Source: a virus
Direction: 5' to 3' (one strand)
Length of the DNA: 39,518 bases
Virus genome (UHGV): UHGV-0040088
Below, in pieces: positions 25,501 to 34,049 of this stretch (position 1 is the stretch's first letter; every line of letters starts with the position of its first letter). The notes beneath the pieces were generated by a model that saw only the letters and a list, made by a program, of their open reading frames with translations, was not told the DNA's origin and did not search any database. The translations under genes and the position numbers were made by a program.

Positions 25501-28076
25501 AAGAGAAAAAAGCAACGGCTGAATCACTGAAAACCATCACGGCAGAAATGAACACGATGGATTCCAACCTTAAAGGTCAGATCTCCAGTGTGGAACGCGC
25601 AGTGGCTGACGAGGCTAGTGCCCGCGCTGAAGCTATTAACGGTGTGAACGCCTCAATAAGCAATCTCGACAAGAAAACGGATGCCAGCGTCAATAGGCTT
25701 GATCAGGCTATTGCAGATGAAACGAACGCCCGCACACAGGCGGTCAGTGACGTTAACGCAAGTATCTCGGTACTTGATAAGAAAACTGACGCCAGCGTTA
25801 AACGCCTGGATCAGGCAATCGCTGACGAAACCAGCGCAAGAACCGAAGCTATCAGTGGCGTGAACGCATCAATTTCAACGCTTGATAGCAAAGTGGAAAG
25901 CAATATAACGCGCATAGATAAAGCTATTGCAGATGAAACGCAGGCGCGTACAGACGCAATAAGCGGCGTCAAAGCGAGCATTAACACACTTGAAGGCAAC
26001 ACCAATTCAGAAGTTAAACGTCTGGATCAGGCAATCGCTGACGAGGCCAGTGCCCGCACACAGGCGGTAAGTGATGTAAAAGCATCAGTAAGCAACCTTG
26101 AAAGCAAAACTGACGCCAGCGTTAAACGCCTGGATAAAGCTATTGCAGACGAAACAAGCGCACGCAGCGAAGCTATTAGTGGGGTAAATGCCTCAGTATC
26201 AGCGCTCGACAAGAAAACCGATTCAAGCATAAGCCGCCTTGATAAAGCCATTGCGGATGAAACAAGCGCGAGAACCGAAGCCATCAACGGTGTGAATGCG
26301 TCAATTTCCACACTCGACGGCAAGGTTACAAGTAACGTTAGCCGCCTTGATAAAGCAATATCAGACGAAACGAAGGCAAGAAGCGACGCAATAACAGAGG
26401 TTAAAGCAGACTTAACAACGCTTGAGAACAGCACAAACGCCAGCGTTAAGCGTCTTGATCAGGCAATTGCCGATGAATCAAGCGCCCGCGCACAAGCAAT
26501 ATCAGGACTCAGCGCAAATCTTGGCACTGTTGAAAATAATGTTGGCAAAAACAGCGACGAAATAAATCAGGCAAAAGCAAGCCTGCAAAACGCATCTATT
26601 GCACTTATCAATAACTCAATCGCTCAAACCAACACGCGTGTTACTCTTTCAGCCCAATACAAGAAAGGAATCAGAGAAACCAACGCGAAAATTGACCGCA
26701 TTGACAATGTTGTAGCAGAAGAGAAAAAAGCAACGGCAGAAGCCATTAGCGGGGTAAGCGCATCGATCACCGATCTTGATAAGAAAACTGAAGCAAGCGT
26801 TAACCGCCTTGACAGGGCGATTGCAGACGAAACAAGCGCCCGCAGCGAGGCTATCAGCGGCGTGAATGCGTCAATTTCCACGCTTGATAGTAATGTGAAA
26901 AGCGACATTACCAGGATGGACAAAGCCATCGCCGATGAAACAAAAGCACGCGCAGACGCAATAAGCGGCCTTAGCGCATCGCTTACCAGTACGATCAACT
27001 CAAAAGTGTCTGAAGTGTCAACGGCACTTTCTACGCATGAGGAATCAAGTGCAGAAAAATTTAGCCAGATCTCGGCGTCTTTCGAATCAGTAAACTCAAG
27101 CATTACAGAATGGTCGCAGGCAATGGCTACAGCAGATAAGGCGTTGTCAACGAAAATTGATCAGCTAACAGTGACTGTTAACGGGAATAAGACGGCAATA
27201 GAGACGACATCTAAAGCGTTAACCGACTTTAAGGGTAATGTTGATGCGTCATATTCAATTAAGCTCGCCACCGACAACAACGGCATGAAATACGCAACAG
27301 GTATGTCACTTGGCCTTACTGGTGATGGGACCAACTTTCAGTCGCAGTGTATTTTCCTTGTTGACCGCTTCGTGTTAATGACTGACGCTAACGGTTCGTA
27401 TCAAACGCCTTTCTATGTAACTAATGGCGCAATGTATGTAAGAGAAGCGTTTATTAAAGACGGCACTATCAACTCCGCCAAAATAGCTGATCTAATACAG
27501 TCAGTTAATTATAGCTGGGAAGGCGCGACAGGATGGGCGATAAATAAAAACGGTAACGCAGTATTTAACCAAGTAACCGTAAGGGGGACGGTATACGCTA
27601 ATGCTGGTGTGTTTAACGGTACTGTTTACGCAACTGGCGGTAAATTTACTGGAGCAGTTGAAGCCACAAGTTTTGTTGGTGACGTAGCAAGTATGTCAGT
27701 GATAAACGAGAAAGTATTTCCGTCAATGAGGGGGAGCGGCAGCAGGGAAACTTCAAAAACTTATCTTGATTCAAGTTCATCAAGTTTATCAAAAACCGTT
27801 TACGTTATGATTCCGTATGATTTGTCATACTATACACATAGTGAATCTTCTCGTATCAGCGTAACTATAAACATAAACGGACACGCAAAAACAATTAATA
27901 TAGAAAGGCCAGCATCAGGTCCATCAATGTCATCTGTCGCGGTGCACTGTGTACATGACCTAACATACCCAACAATTACAGTCAAGGTTACGGAAAACTT
28001 TACCAATACATCCGCTGCATCAATAAGAAAACCAGGCTTGATACTTATAACAAGAAGTTCAGGAACATGGGTATAA
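22527..28076 (+). CDS. J: tail tip / host specificity protein J (lambda gpJ-like) with greatly expanded central coiled-coil repeat region
   Basis: N-terminal about 800 aa align block by block with lambda J as recalled (SEGPIYGP, YHLRG..YSG, YCDQ..GYGG..EPR, FGCTSRGQAYRAGKWL). 1849 aa versus about 1130 for lambda J. Confidence 0.9.
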   Translation: MSSGGGKAKTPTLLNDNLYHKQFYRVLDILSEGPIYGPVNQKAPLNDVMLNDTPVTDANGNTSIPGISVAWRNGTADQSPINGFNAIESTVIVNAKVTHDTPIIRTVSDPNVTRVRLNLGVDALVQSDEKGNQYNTSVMLMVDVKPSSSSTWSLIKDIHIGPGKQSGEYLEAHIIKAPDEKPFDIRVRRVTADSHGDLLRNDTRWSSYSEIIDDNLSYPHTAVAGAVIDHDQYTDTPTRTYHLRGLIVDVPDNYNTETRAYSGLWLGGFKKAYTNNPAWIFRYLVKNERFGLAKHAGYIDVDDGALYVLSQYCDQLVDDGYGGLEPRMTLNAYITEQMSARDLLDNIAGMFRGIALWDGQRLTVMIDAPQDPIATITNANVVDGAFTRSSLPLAECYNAVIVSWTDPENGWEQSKEYVADDELIARDGYNETTLEAFGCTSRGQAYRAGKWLIETAKREPSKFTFKMARDAIHFTPGDIIEILDNNRAGARLGGRIVANNGRVITVDKVDSEYIAPGDTISLLDSDGKFKKHQITGVSGNKITLASAPAWIRNGTVFAVSTNAAKPVLCRIVSVAETENNSVYTIEAAQHDPHKQAVVDNGAIFEVNNDTLNHFRVPNIENLKVLNIGSETVQCRATWETLTTTHRLTFEIRVYNSAGAVVKSYETTNYSYDFYGIDAGTYSLGIRGRNDTGMKGAESIVDLVIGAPAAPVGVNWVPGVFQATVYPISRTTLTTDTSYEFYYSGEKQITDPASVTTKAQYTGRGHQWTFGGMNTGHTYYVYVRTRNAFGVSDFVEASGKPTENFDEISDYVTKDVMNSEQFKEMIGDIKDLGDRTDVIENATNELKAATDNLKTATDNLTNITDDLRTETDNLTNITEDLRNDTDNLITETGSIKADTDTLKKETEDLYKKVKENADDIGQHESRIDSLEVSSEKVGSELAQAKASLQNASLALINNSLAQTNTRVTLTAQYKKGRTETKAEIDRIDNVIAEEKKATAESLKTITAEMNTMDSNLKGQISSVERAVADEASARAEAINGVNASISNLDKKTDASVNRLDQAIADETNARTQAVSDVNASISVLDKKTDASVKRLDQAIADETSARTEAISGVNASISTLDSKVESNITRIDKAIADETQARTDAISGVKASINTLEGNTNSEVKRLDQAIADEASARTQAVSDVKASVSNLESKTDASVKRLDKAIADETSARSEAISGVNASVSALDKKTDSSISRLDKAIADETSARTEAINGVNASISTLDGKVTSNVSRLDKAISDETKARSDAITEVKADLTTLENSTNASVKRLDQAIADESSARAQAISGLSANLGTVENNVGKNSDEINQAKASLQNASIALINNSIAQTNTRVTLSAQYKKGIRETNAKIDRIDNVVAEEKKATAEAISGVSASITDLDKKTEASVNRLDRAIADETSARSEAISGVNASISTLDSNVKSDITRMDKAIADETKARADAISGLSASLTSTINSKVSEVSTALSTHEESSAEKFSQISASFESVNSSITEWSQAMATADKALSTKIDQLTVTVNGNKTAIETTSKALTDFKGNVDASYSIKLATDNNGMKYATGMSLGLTGDGTNFQSQCIFLVDRFVLMTDANGSYQTPFYVTNGAMYVREAFIKDGTINSAKIADLIQSVNYSWEGATGWAINKNGNAVFNQVTVRGTVYANAGVFNGTVYATGGKFTGAVEATSFVGDVASMSVINEKVFPSMRGSGSRETSKTYLDSSSSSLSKTVYVMIPYDLSYYTHSESSRISVTININGHAKTINIERPASGPSMSSVAVHCVHDLTYPTITVKVTENFTNTSAASIRKPGLILITRSSGTWV
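25581..27010 (+). repeat. in-frame tandem repeats (36 aa / 108 bp, about 12 copies) inside J
   Basis: Repeated unit approximately V(K/N)RLDxAIADETxARxxAIsGVNASISxLDxKTDAS; the array is split by a second copy of a block (AKASLQNAS..IDRIDNV..EEKKATAE) at about 25358 and 26570. Confidence 0.85.
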
Positions 28077-28079
28077 AAA

Positions 28080-28108
28080 TAACCCCGCTTCGCGCGGGGT
28101 TTTCTTTT
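28080..28108. terminator. bidirectional terminator between J and minus-strand lipoprotein gene
   Basis: A-rich run, stem ccccgc/gcgggg, then TTTTCTTTT. Confidence 0.65.
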
Positions 28109-28346
28109 AGTAGTTAGCTACACAGTTAGAAGGGCTACCGATGCGGCGCATGTTGTGATCGAGTTCATGACACCATTGACCAGTATAAGGCAGTTTTTCA
28201 GTGTCATAGACAAGATGACCTTCACCATCATAGACAACATCTTGTGGAATTACTCCGCTATTCGGCAGGTTATGCAATGCGGCCTCTTTGTCAACAGCGC
28301 AACCAGTAAGAGCTACGGCCGCAGAGAATAAAACCACTTTGAACAT
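28107..28346 (-). CDS. small lipoprotein (79 aa), possible receptor-blocking superinfection exclusion factor
   Basis: Signal peptide with lipobox LTGC (MFKVVLFSAAVALTGC); function inferred from position between the J and fiber genes. Confidence 0.6.
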   Translation of the reverse strand: MFKVVLFSAAVALTGCAVDKEAALHNLPNSGVIPQDVVYDGEGHLVYDTEKLPYTGQWCHELDHNMRRIGSPSNCVANY

Positions 28347-28491
28347 GTTTTTTCATTTTTTAATCCTCGTTCTTGTTAGCTCGTCCGGTTCATCCGGTGT
28401 CTTGAATATCCGACAAAACAACATTTCGTATATTGATATAAATCAACAAATACATTTTGTGTAAGCAGAAAATGCAACACAGATCACAAAA

Positions 28492-28500
28492 TGGTAGAAT
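28492..28500 (+). promoter_or_regulatory. candidate extended -10 promoter (TGgTAGAAT) upstream of tail fiber gene
   Basis: TG-n-TAGAAT 34 nt upstream of the fiber start codon. Confidence 0.3.
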
Positions 28501-28533
28501 TATTCCGTTAATTAACAAAATGGAGTCATCGAG

Positions 28534-31500
28534 ATGATTTACACAACTGGAACAGTTGCCATTAACGGCAATACTGTTAAAGGCACGGGAACAAACTTTT
28601 CCGCGCCGCTTTCTCTTATTCGTGTAGGTTGCACGCTCATTGCTGTTGGCAATCCTGTGCAGATCTTTACCATCACGGAAATTAAAAGCGGCACTGAACT
28701 GTTAGTGACGCCAGCAGCTAACCCCGCAATCCCTGCCGGGACAAAATTTAGCATCCTGCTATCTGATTCGATCTCAGTTGATGGGCTTGCTCAGGACGTA
28801 GCTGAAACCCTGCGTTACTACCAGAGCAAAGAAACAGAAATCGCCTCCGCCGTAGAGTGGTGGAATGAGATCGGCGGCGAAGGTCAGTTGGATCAGCTTC
28901 TTACCAACATTCGCGCAGAAACAGCCAAATCAACCGCTAACGCTCAAAAAACAGAAACTGACAAAAACGCAGCAGAAGCGTCAAAAACAGCGGCTGCAAA
29001 ATCCGCCACGGCAGCGAAAACATCAGAAACCAACGCTAAGGCAAGCGAGACGGCAGCGAAAACAAGCGAAACCAAAGCCAAAACATCAGAGGACAGGGCG
29101 CAAGAATATCTGAATCAAATGGGAAGGCTTACCAGCCCAATGGTCCAATGTGCTTGGCCTGTTGAAACTAGCGGTAATGGCGCTTACGTTAAGATTGCTA
29201 AACTTAGCGATCCAAAGTCATCAGACTGCCACTTAACGCTAATGGTTACAAATGGCGGTGGCTACGGTTTAAGTTACGGGAATATTGACTTTATAGAGAT
29301 CTCCGCTCGAGGTCTTAACGACACAGGCGAAGTAACCAGTGAAAATATATCTAAATTTTTAAGTATTCGCCGACTCGGTTCACCAAACCTTCCCAATAAT
29401 AGTCAAATGTGTTACGGCCTGGTTAAAGGTGACGGCTATATCGAGGTCTGGTGCTACCAGCGATCTTATATTAAAAACACAAAAGTAGCGGTGCTGGCGC
29501 AGACTGGCAACACGGAATTATACATTCCTGAAGGATTTGTTAAGCAAGCCGACGCACCCGCTGGATATATTGAAAGCCCAGCAGCAAGGATTTACGACCA
29601 GGTAAACAAACCCAGCAAGGCAGATCTGGGCCTTTCTAATGCTATGCTTACAGGCGCTTTCGGTCTTGGCGGTAGCGGGATATCAACAACCGGCAAGATG
29701 AGCGATGTAGAGATCTTAAAAGCTCTGCGTGACAAAGGTGGTCATTTCTGGCGCAGTGATAGGCCGACCGGAAGTACGGCGACCATTTATAGCCGCGGTT
29801 CTGGTATATTCTCGCGGTGCGGCGATACGTGGTCGGCGATCAATATCGACTACGGAACAGGTAAAGTCAAGGTTTACGCTGGTAACGATGGTGGACTTAA
29901 TAGTGGTAATTTTTCCGTCAATGAGCTATACGGAACCAAAAATAAACCGTCGAAATCGGACGTTGGACTTGACAACGTAACCAACGATGCACAGGTTAAA
30001 AAATCCGGCGACACCATGACTGGCGACCTGTCGATCACTAAAGCAACACCTTCGATATACATTCGTTCAAAAAGTGGAACCGCCCATGTATGGTTCCAGA
30101 ATGAGGATCAATCGGAACGCGGTGTTATCTGGGCGCCTACCAATTCCGAAGGACTTGGCGAAGTTCACATCAGGGCCAAAAATACAAAAGGTGAATCAAC
30201 TGGTGAACTCATTGTTCGTCACGACGGGGAAATTAGGGTTCCCAGTCTCACAGCGAGTAAAAAAATAAAAGGCGCAACCGCAGATTTTACAAACACATCA
30301 GAAACCACGACGGAGAACACGTTAAAAATCAGCGGTAAGCAGCATACACCGTTAGTTTTAACGCGTACCGGGTATTCTGAAAACCTGTCCATTGGCTTCA
30401 AGGTTGATAACGTTGTTCAAAAATACCTCGGTATTAATAGCGGTGGGGATCTGTGTTTTGGTGATTATGCCGATCACAAAACAAACAGCAAAGTTATCAC
30501 GCAAGCAGTGCTTGATAGCGGTGTGACGGTAGGCGGTCAGACAACCTTTTCTAAACTTGCCACATTTAGCAAAGGCATGACCGGGCCTATCGTACCGGAA
30601 GGGCTTGACTCACGTACCATTGATCTTAATGACCTAATCATCAATGGTTCAGATATAGGATCGGTCAAATACTATCAATGTACATCTTCCAGTGGTGGAG
30701 CGAACATTACCAACAAGCCTGACGGCGTAGGCGGTAACTTCTTGCTGCGTGTAGAGTCAGTCCGTAAAGTTAGTGATACTGACTATATAAGTATGCAAAC
30801 ACTGACTAGTGGCGACAAAGAACGCGTATTTGTTCGTTTTAATACTAATAGTAAGTGGACAGCATGGTGTGAACCTGTTGTATCGGGATGGAAGCAGGAT
30901 GTGTCTGTTAAGACGCTAACAGCAGCCGAAGACGTCATCCTTAAAAACAGTGATACTGGTCCGCGCCTTATTTTAAGGAACTCTAACACATCGGCGCAGT
31001 CGTGGAGTGTAAGGGTGTGGGGTGAAAGCGGAAGGGAAAGCGTTTTTGAGGTTGGTAACAGCAATAGTTACATGTTCTATGCTCAGGAAGATGCAGCAGG
31101 AAACAAGAAATTTGACTTTAACGGTGATATTTCATGTAAGACGCTATATCAAACTTCTGACCAGAGCCTTAAAGACAACATTAAGGTTATAGGTGACGCC
31201 ACCGAATCCATCCGCAAAATGAATGGGTACACCTACACGTTTAAGGACGATGGCCTGCCTTACGCTGGCGTTATTGCACAGGAAGTAATGGACGCGCTGC
31301 CTGAAGCGATAGCGTTTACCACTCTTTGCGGCAAGGAGCTACAAGGACCAACAACTGACGGCAACATCTTACGCGAGGAAATGAAGTGCCTCAGCGTTGA
31401 CTATGCGGCGGTGACTGGTTTACTTGTCCAGGTGGCACGCGAAACGGATAACCGCGTCACCGAACTGGAAGAGGAGAACGCAAGCCTGAAAGCTAACATT

Positions 31501-31569
31501 GCCGCAATGGATGAGCGGATAGCAAAACTTGAAGCGCTTATCAGTCAGTTGACCGGAAGCGAAGAATAA
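28534..31569 (+). CDS. side tail fiber protein (Stf-like N-terminus) with C-terminal intramolecular chaperone (peptidase S74-like) domain
   Basis: N-terminal KTSETNAK-type Ala/Lys/Thr/Ser repeats as in lambdoid Stf fibers; C-terminus SDQSLKDNIKVIG...NGYTYTF... then a coiled coil, as in self-cleaving chaperone domains. Confidence 0.85.
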   Translation: MIYTTGTVAINGNTVKGTGTNFSAPLSLIRVGCTLIAVGNPVQIFTITEIKSGTELLVTPAANPAIPAGTKFSILLSDSISVDGLAQDVAETLRYYQSKETEIASAVEWWNEIGGEGQLDQLLTNIRAETAKSTANAQKTETDKNAAEASKTAAAKSATAAKTSETNAKASETAAKTSETKAKTSEDRAQEYLNQMGRLTSPMVQCAWPVETSGNGAYVKIAKLSDPKSSDCHLTLMVTNGGGYGLSYGNIDFIEISARGLNDTGEVTSENISKFLSIRRLGSPNLPNNSQMCYGLVKGDGYIEVWCYQRSYIKNTKVAVLAQTGNTELYIPEGFVKQADAPAGYIESPAARIYDQVNKPSKADLGLSNAMLTGAFGLGGSGISTTGKMSDVEILKALRDKGGHFWRSDRPTGSTATIYSRGSGIFSRCGDTWSAINIDYGTGKVKVYAGNDGGLNSGNFSVNELYGTKNKPSKSDVGLDNVTNDAQVKKSGDTMTGDLSITKATPSIYIRSKSGTAHVWFQNEDQSERGVIWAPTNSEGLGEVHIRAKNTKGESTGELIVRHDGEIRVPSLTASKKIKGATADFTNTSETTTENTLKISGKQHTPLVLTRTGYSENLSIGFKVDNVVQKYLGINSGGDLCFGDYADHKTNSKVITQAVLDSGVTVGGQTTFSKLATFSKGMTGPIVPEGLDSRTIDLNDLIINGSDIGSVKYYQCTSSSGGANITNKPDGVGGNFLLRVESVRKVSDTDYISMQTLTSGDKERVFVRFNTNSKWTAWCEPVVSGWKQDVSVKTLTAAEDVILKNSDTGPRLILRNSNTSAQSWSVRVWGESGRESVFEVGNSNSYMFYAQEDAAGNKKFDFNGDISCKTLYQTSDQSLKDNIKVIGDATESIRKMNGYTYTFKDDGLPYAGVIAQEVMDALPEAIAFTTLCGKELQGPTTDGNILREEMKCLSVDYAAVTGLLVQVARETDNRVTELEEENASLKANIAAMDERIAKLEALISQLTGSEE

Positions 31570-31598
31570 GAGGTGATGTGCGAAGAACATCGCCGCGC

Positions 31599-31628
31599 GA
31601 AACGAGGCTAACGCCTCGTTTCTTTTTA
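31599..31628. terminator. terminator between tail fiber gene and convergent minus-strand early operon
   Basis: 10-bp stem gaaacgaggc/gcctcgtttc, loop taac, then TTTTTAT. Confidence 0.65.
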
Positions 31629-31773
31629 TGTACCAAATAGTGACCAAATACCCAAAACCAAAAACAAAAGCACTGTAACATACTGTTTTATAAATTATTA
31701 TTCACAAAGCTAACCATTCCAAGCATACGGCAGATGGCAGGGCGACCAAGAAGAATTGTTGTCGTTTTATCCA

Positions 31774-32436
31774 TTATCTTTTCCCCGTGTATTCAACGTG
31801 TCCGATACATCCATCAATAATAGCTTGCGCCATATTGCGATAATCGCACGAAAAATCATTGTCACGGCTAAAGTCAATCTCGCTTGCCGCATCTTCACCC
31901 ATTACCTTAGTGGCAAGTGCGAACGCTATTTCAGCGAGCGCCTTTTCTTTCGGGTCAATGTGAATGCGGTAAGAGTATTTCTTCCATGCTACAGTTGTTT
32001 CCGTTTCTGATACTAATTTACTGTGAGCGATAGCCCAATTATCACCGAGATATAAAAACTTAACGACATCGATAACCGTTCCGCTCGTAAGTCCTACACA
32101 ATCAAGCCACACACCAACCGGAGGCTTTTCACATGCCAGCCATTCCGTTTTTTCAGGTTGTGTTTCGCAATCATGGTGCTCATCTTCGATTAATTCATCA
32201 ATAATTTCACTTTCTTTATTCATACCGTCATCATCCTTATTCGATAAATTGGCGTATTTATCAAATTTCCAGCTTGCAGCCATAACCGAATAAGTGCCGC
32301 CAGTGTCAGCGCGAACACCCAATAAATAGTATGATCCAAAATTATATTCCGTGTGGCATGTTGTTACCTCAAACGATGGGTAACACTCAGGGTTGGCGCG
32401 ATGGCTAATCACGCCAATTGCTTTAAGTTTATTCAT
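31774..32436 (-). CDS. hypothetical protein (220 aa), last gene of the minus-strand operon
   Basis: ORF in track; acidic central region; no recognisable motif. Confidence 0.55.
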   Translation of the reverse strand: MNKLKAIGVISHRANPECYPSFEVTTCHTEYNFGSYYLLGVRADTGGTYSVMAASWKFDKYANLSNKDDDGMNKESEIIDELIEDEHHDCETQPEKTEWLACEKPPVGVWLDCVGLTSGTVIDVVKFLYLGDNWAIAHSKLVSETETTVAWKKYSYRIHIDPKEKALAEIAFALATKVMGEDAASEIDFSRDNDFSCDYRNMAQAIIDGCIGHVEYTGKR

Positions 32437-32450
32437 TTGCTTATCCTCAA

Positions 32451-32627
32451 TTACGCCACAGTTACATTGTCAACTTTGATAAAATATTCAGGATGGTTTT
32501 CTATTTCGTGCTGAAAGTGCGCGTGGCACAATCGCCAATCACGCGCCTGGTTGTGAAAATAGTAAACATATTCGCCATCAATCTTATATAAAATTCCTGT
32601 AGGTTTAGCCATGTAGTAACGAACCAT
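32451..32627 (-). CDS. hypothetical small protein (58 aa)
   Basis: TAATG stop/start overlap with NinB; the track start at 32681 would overlap NinB by 55 nt. Confidence 0.4.
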   Translation of the reverse strand: MVRYYMAKPTGILYKIDGEYVYYFHNQARDWRLCHAHFQHEIENHPEYFIKVDNVTVA

Positions 32628-33058
32628 TATCGCCCCCAGCGTTTTATAAATTCCTCGTTTAACTTCGTATCGCCAGACCACTGAACACCATGTTCCGCGC
32701 CGAACGAGTAGATCAGTTCGATTAATTCGCTAAATTCTGCTTTACTCATCCGGCTGGTTGACGTACCCAGCACAACAAAACCTGATTTATCCAGGTTAGG
32801 GACAACGCCATATTTCTTAAGCCCGGCAGTAAATACCGCTTTCCAGTCTTCCGACGACAGCTTTTTGCCGTACCAATTAACCTGATCGCTAACGTCTGTC
32901 AGCAGCGCCCAAAGCAACGCGTTTTGACTCAGCGAGCGGGTTTTCTCCTTGATGGTAATTACCAGCGGGCTTTTGCTATCAGGCTGGATCTCCTTTATCT
33001 GTCTGATAGCGTTTTCTTTTACGGCGTCGTTAACTATTTCAAACCTTATTTGCCGCAT
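32627..33058 (-). CDS. ninB: recombination protein NinB (lambda Orf family)
   Basis: Block similarity to lambda NinB as recalled: RSLSQNALLWALLTDVSDQVNWYGKKL / RSLDQNRKLWACLGDVSRQVEWHGRWL; VVPNLDKSGFVVLGTSTSRM / VVPNLAGNGFVVIGQSTSRM. Confidence 0.85.
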   Translation of the reverse strand: MRQIRFEIVNDAVKENAIRQIKEIQPDSKSPLVITIKEKTRSLSQNALLWALLTDVSDQVNWYGKKLSSEDWKAVFTAGLKKYGVVPNLDKSGFVVLGTSTSRMSKAEFSELIELIYSFGAEHGVQWSGDTKLNEEFIKRWGR

Positions 33059-33067
33059 AATATCAAC

Positions 33068-33628
33068 TCAAAACAATTGCAATTGAAAACGTTCGCTGAC
33101 TTCTTTCATTAACTGCTTAACATGTTTCTTATCACGCTTTCGCTGAGTTAACAGGCGGCTTCCAACCTTGCCGACCGTTTCGCTATCAGTAGCAAAACTG
33201 CTTACTGCATTCATTACCTGTTCACAGCTTGCGCCGCAACAAATAAGACCCTTAACGTGTTCAGCCATGTCATCATGTGTTTTAGGTTTTTCTCCGTAAT
33301 AGCCATTATGACGAATAGATGGCAATACTTCCTCAAACACCCAATCCTGGAAGCGTTCGGCTGATTCAAGTTTTGAATGCATAATCAAGCGGAAAACATC
33401 CGGTTCGTAAATCAGGCCAACTCCTTTCGGCTTGAATCCGAATCCTAATTCTCGCGTTTTGCGAGAATCAAGTTTAATCAATGATTTACAGTGTTTTTTA
33501 ATAGCATCATGCTCGTTCTTATAACCTAACGCGCGAGCAACATTAACAGCAACAAAAGCTGGCTTATCTGCATAAATAACCGTTTGCACTTGTTTATCAT
33601 CAAACGAGAATTTAACAACCTTATTCAT
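33068..33628 (-). CDS. Bro-N domain protein (antirepressor-like), paralog 1
   Basis: N-terminal roughly 105 aa are about 75 percent identical to 37744..38481; typical Bro-N pattern (KPAFVAVNVARALGY); unrelated C-terminus. Confidence 0.8.
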   Translation of the reverse strand: MNKVVKFSFDDKQVQTVIYADKPAFVAVNVARALGYKNEHDAIKKHCKSLIKLDSRKTRELGFGFKPKGVGLIYEPDVFRLIMHSKLESAERFQDWVFEEVLPSIRHNGYYGEKPKTHDDMAEHVKGLICCGASCEQVMNAVSSFATDSETVGKVGSRLLTQRKRDKKHVKQLMKEVSERFQLQLF

Positions 33629-33818
33629 GTTTTACCCCTTTATAACTTTCGTTTCGCGCCTTCATAATCATTTGAAGGCTGATTAATTTAGAAGAAGTCA
33701 TAAAAGCGCTTTTTAAGTACCTCATATCAACAACAACAGGATTATCAGGATCGCCGCCGCGCATGTATTCCGCAATTGTGCTTAAGTCTTCAACTGTCAA
33801 TTCCAATTCACTGTTCAT
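33621..33818 (-). CDS. hypothetical small protein (65 aa)
   Basis: AAGGGGG SD before the internal ATG; the longer track ORF lacks an RBS. Confidence 0.35.
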   Translation of the reverse strand: MNSELELTVEDLSTIAEYMRGGDPDNPVVVDMRYLKSAFMTSSKLISLQMIMKARNESYKGVKHE

Positions 33819-33828
33819 GATCGCCCCC

Positions 33829-34035
33829 TTACACAATCCGCATTGTGTTTCGTAATTCTCCGCGCAACGCCCGTAATGCATCGCGCATCGGCACGAAAAC
33901 CCGGTTAAATTTTACGTGTTTATATTTCCGCATTAGTGGCGGCGTATACACCATTGCGTCGTATACTTCCCACGGATAATAAACACGCGTATCGTCAACA
34001 AACGTTTCAACTGAATAAAAAATTACACGCCTCAT
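33829..34035 (-). CDS. hypothetical small protein (68 aa)
   Basis: ORF in track within the tightly packed operon; weak SD. Confidence 0.3.
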   Translation of the reverse strand: MRRVIFYSVETFVDDTRVYYPWEVYDAMVYTPPLMRKYKHVKFNRVFVPMRDALRALRGELRNTMRIV

Positions 34036-34049
34036 AGTTCCAACCCCGT

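Noticed and set aside
25581-27010. Possible CRISPR-like periodic repeat array (108-bp period)
   Set aside because: The repeats are in frame inside the J gene, are imperfect at protein-repeat level, and have no unique spacers or leader. They are coding tandem repeats, not a CRISPR array.
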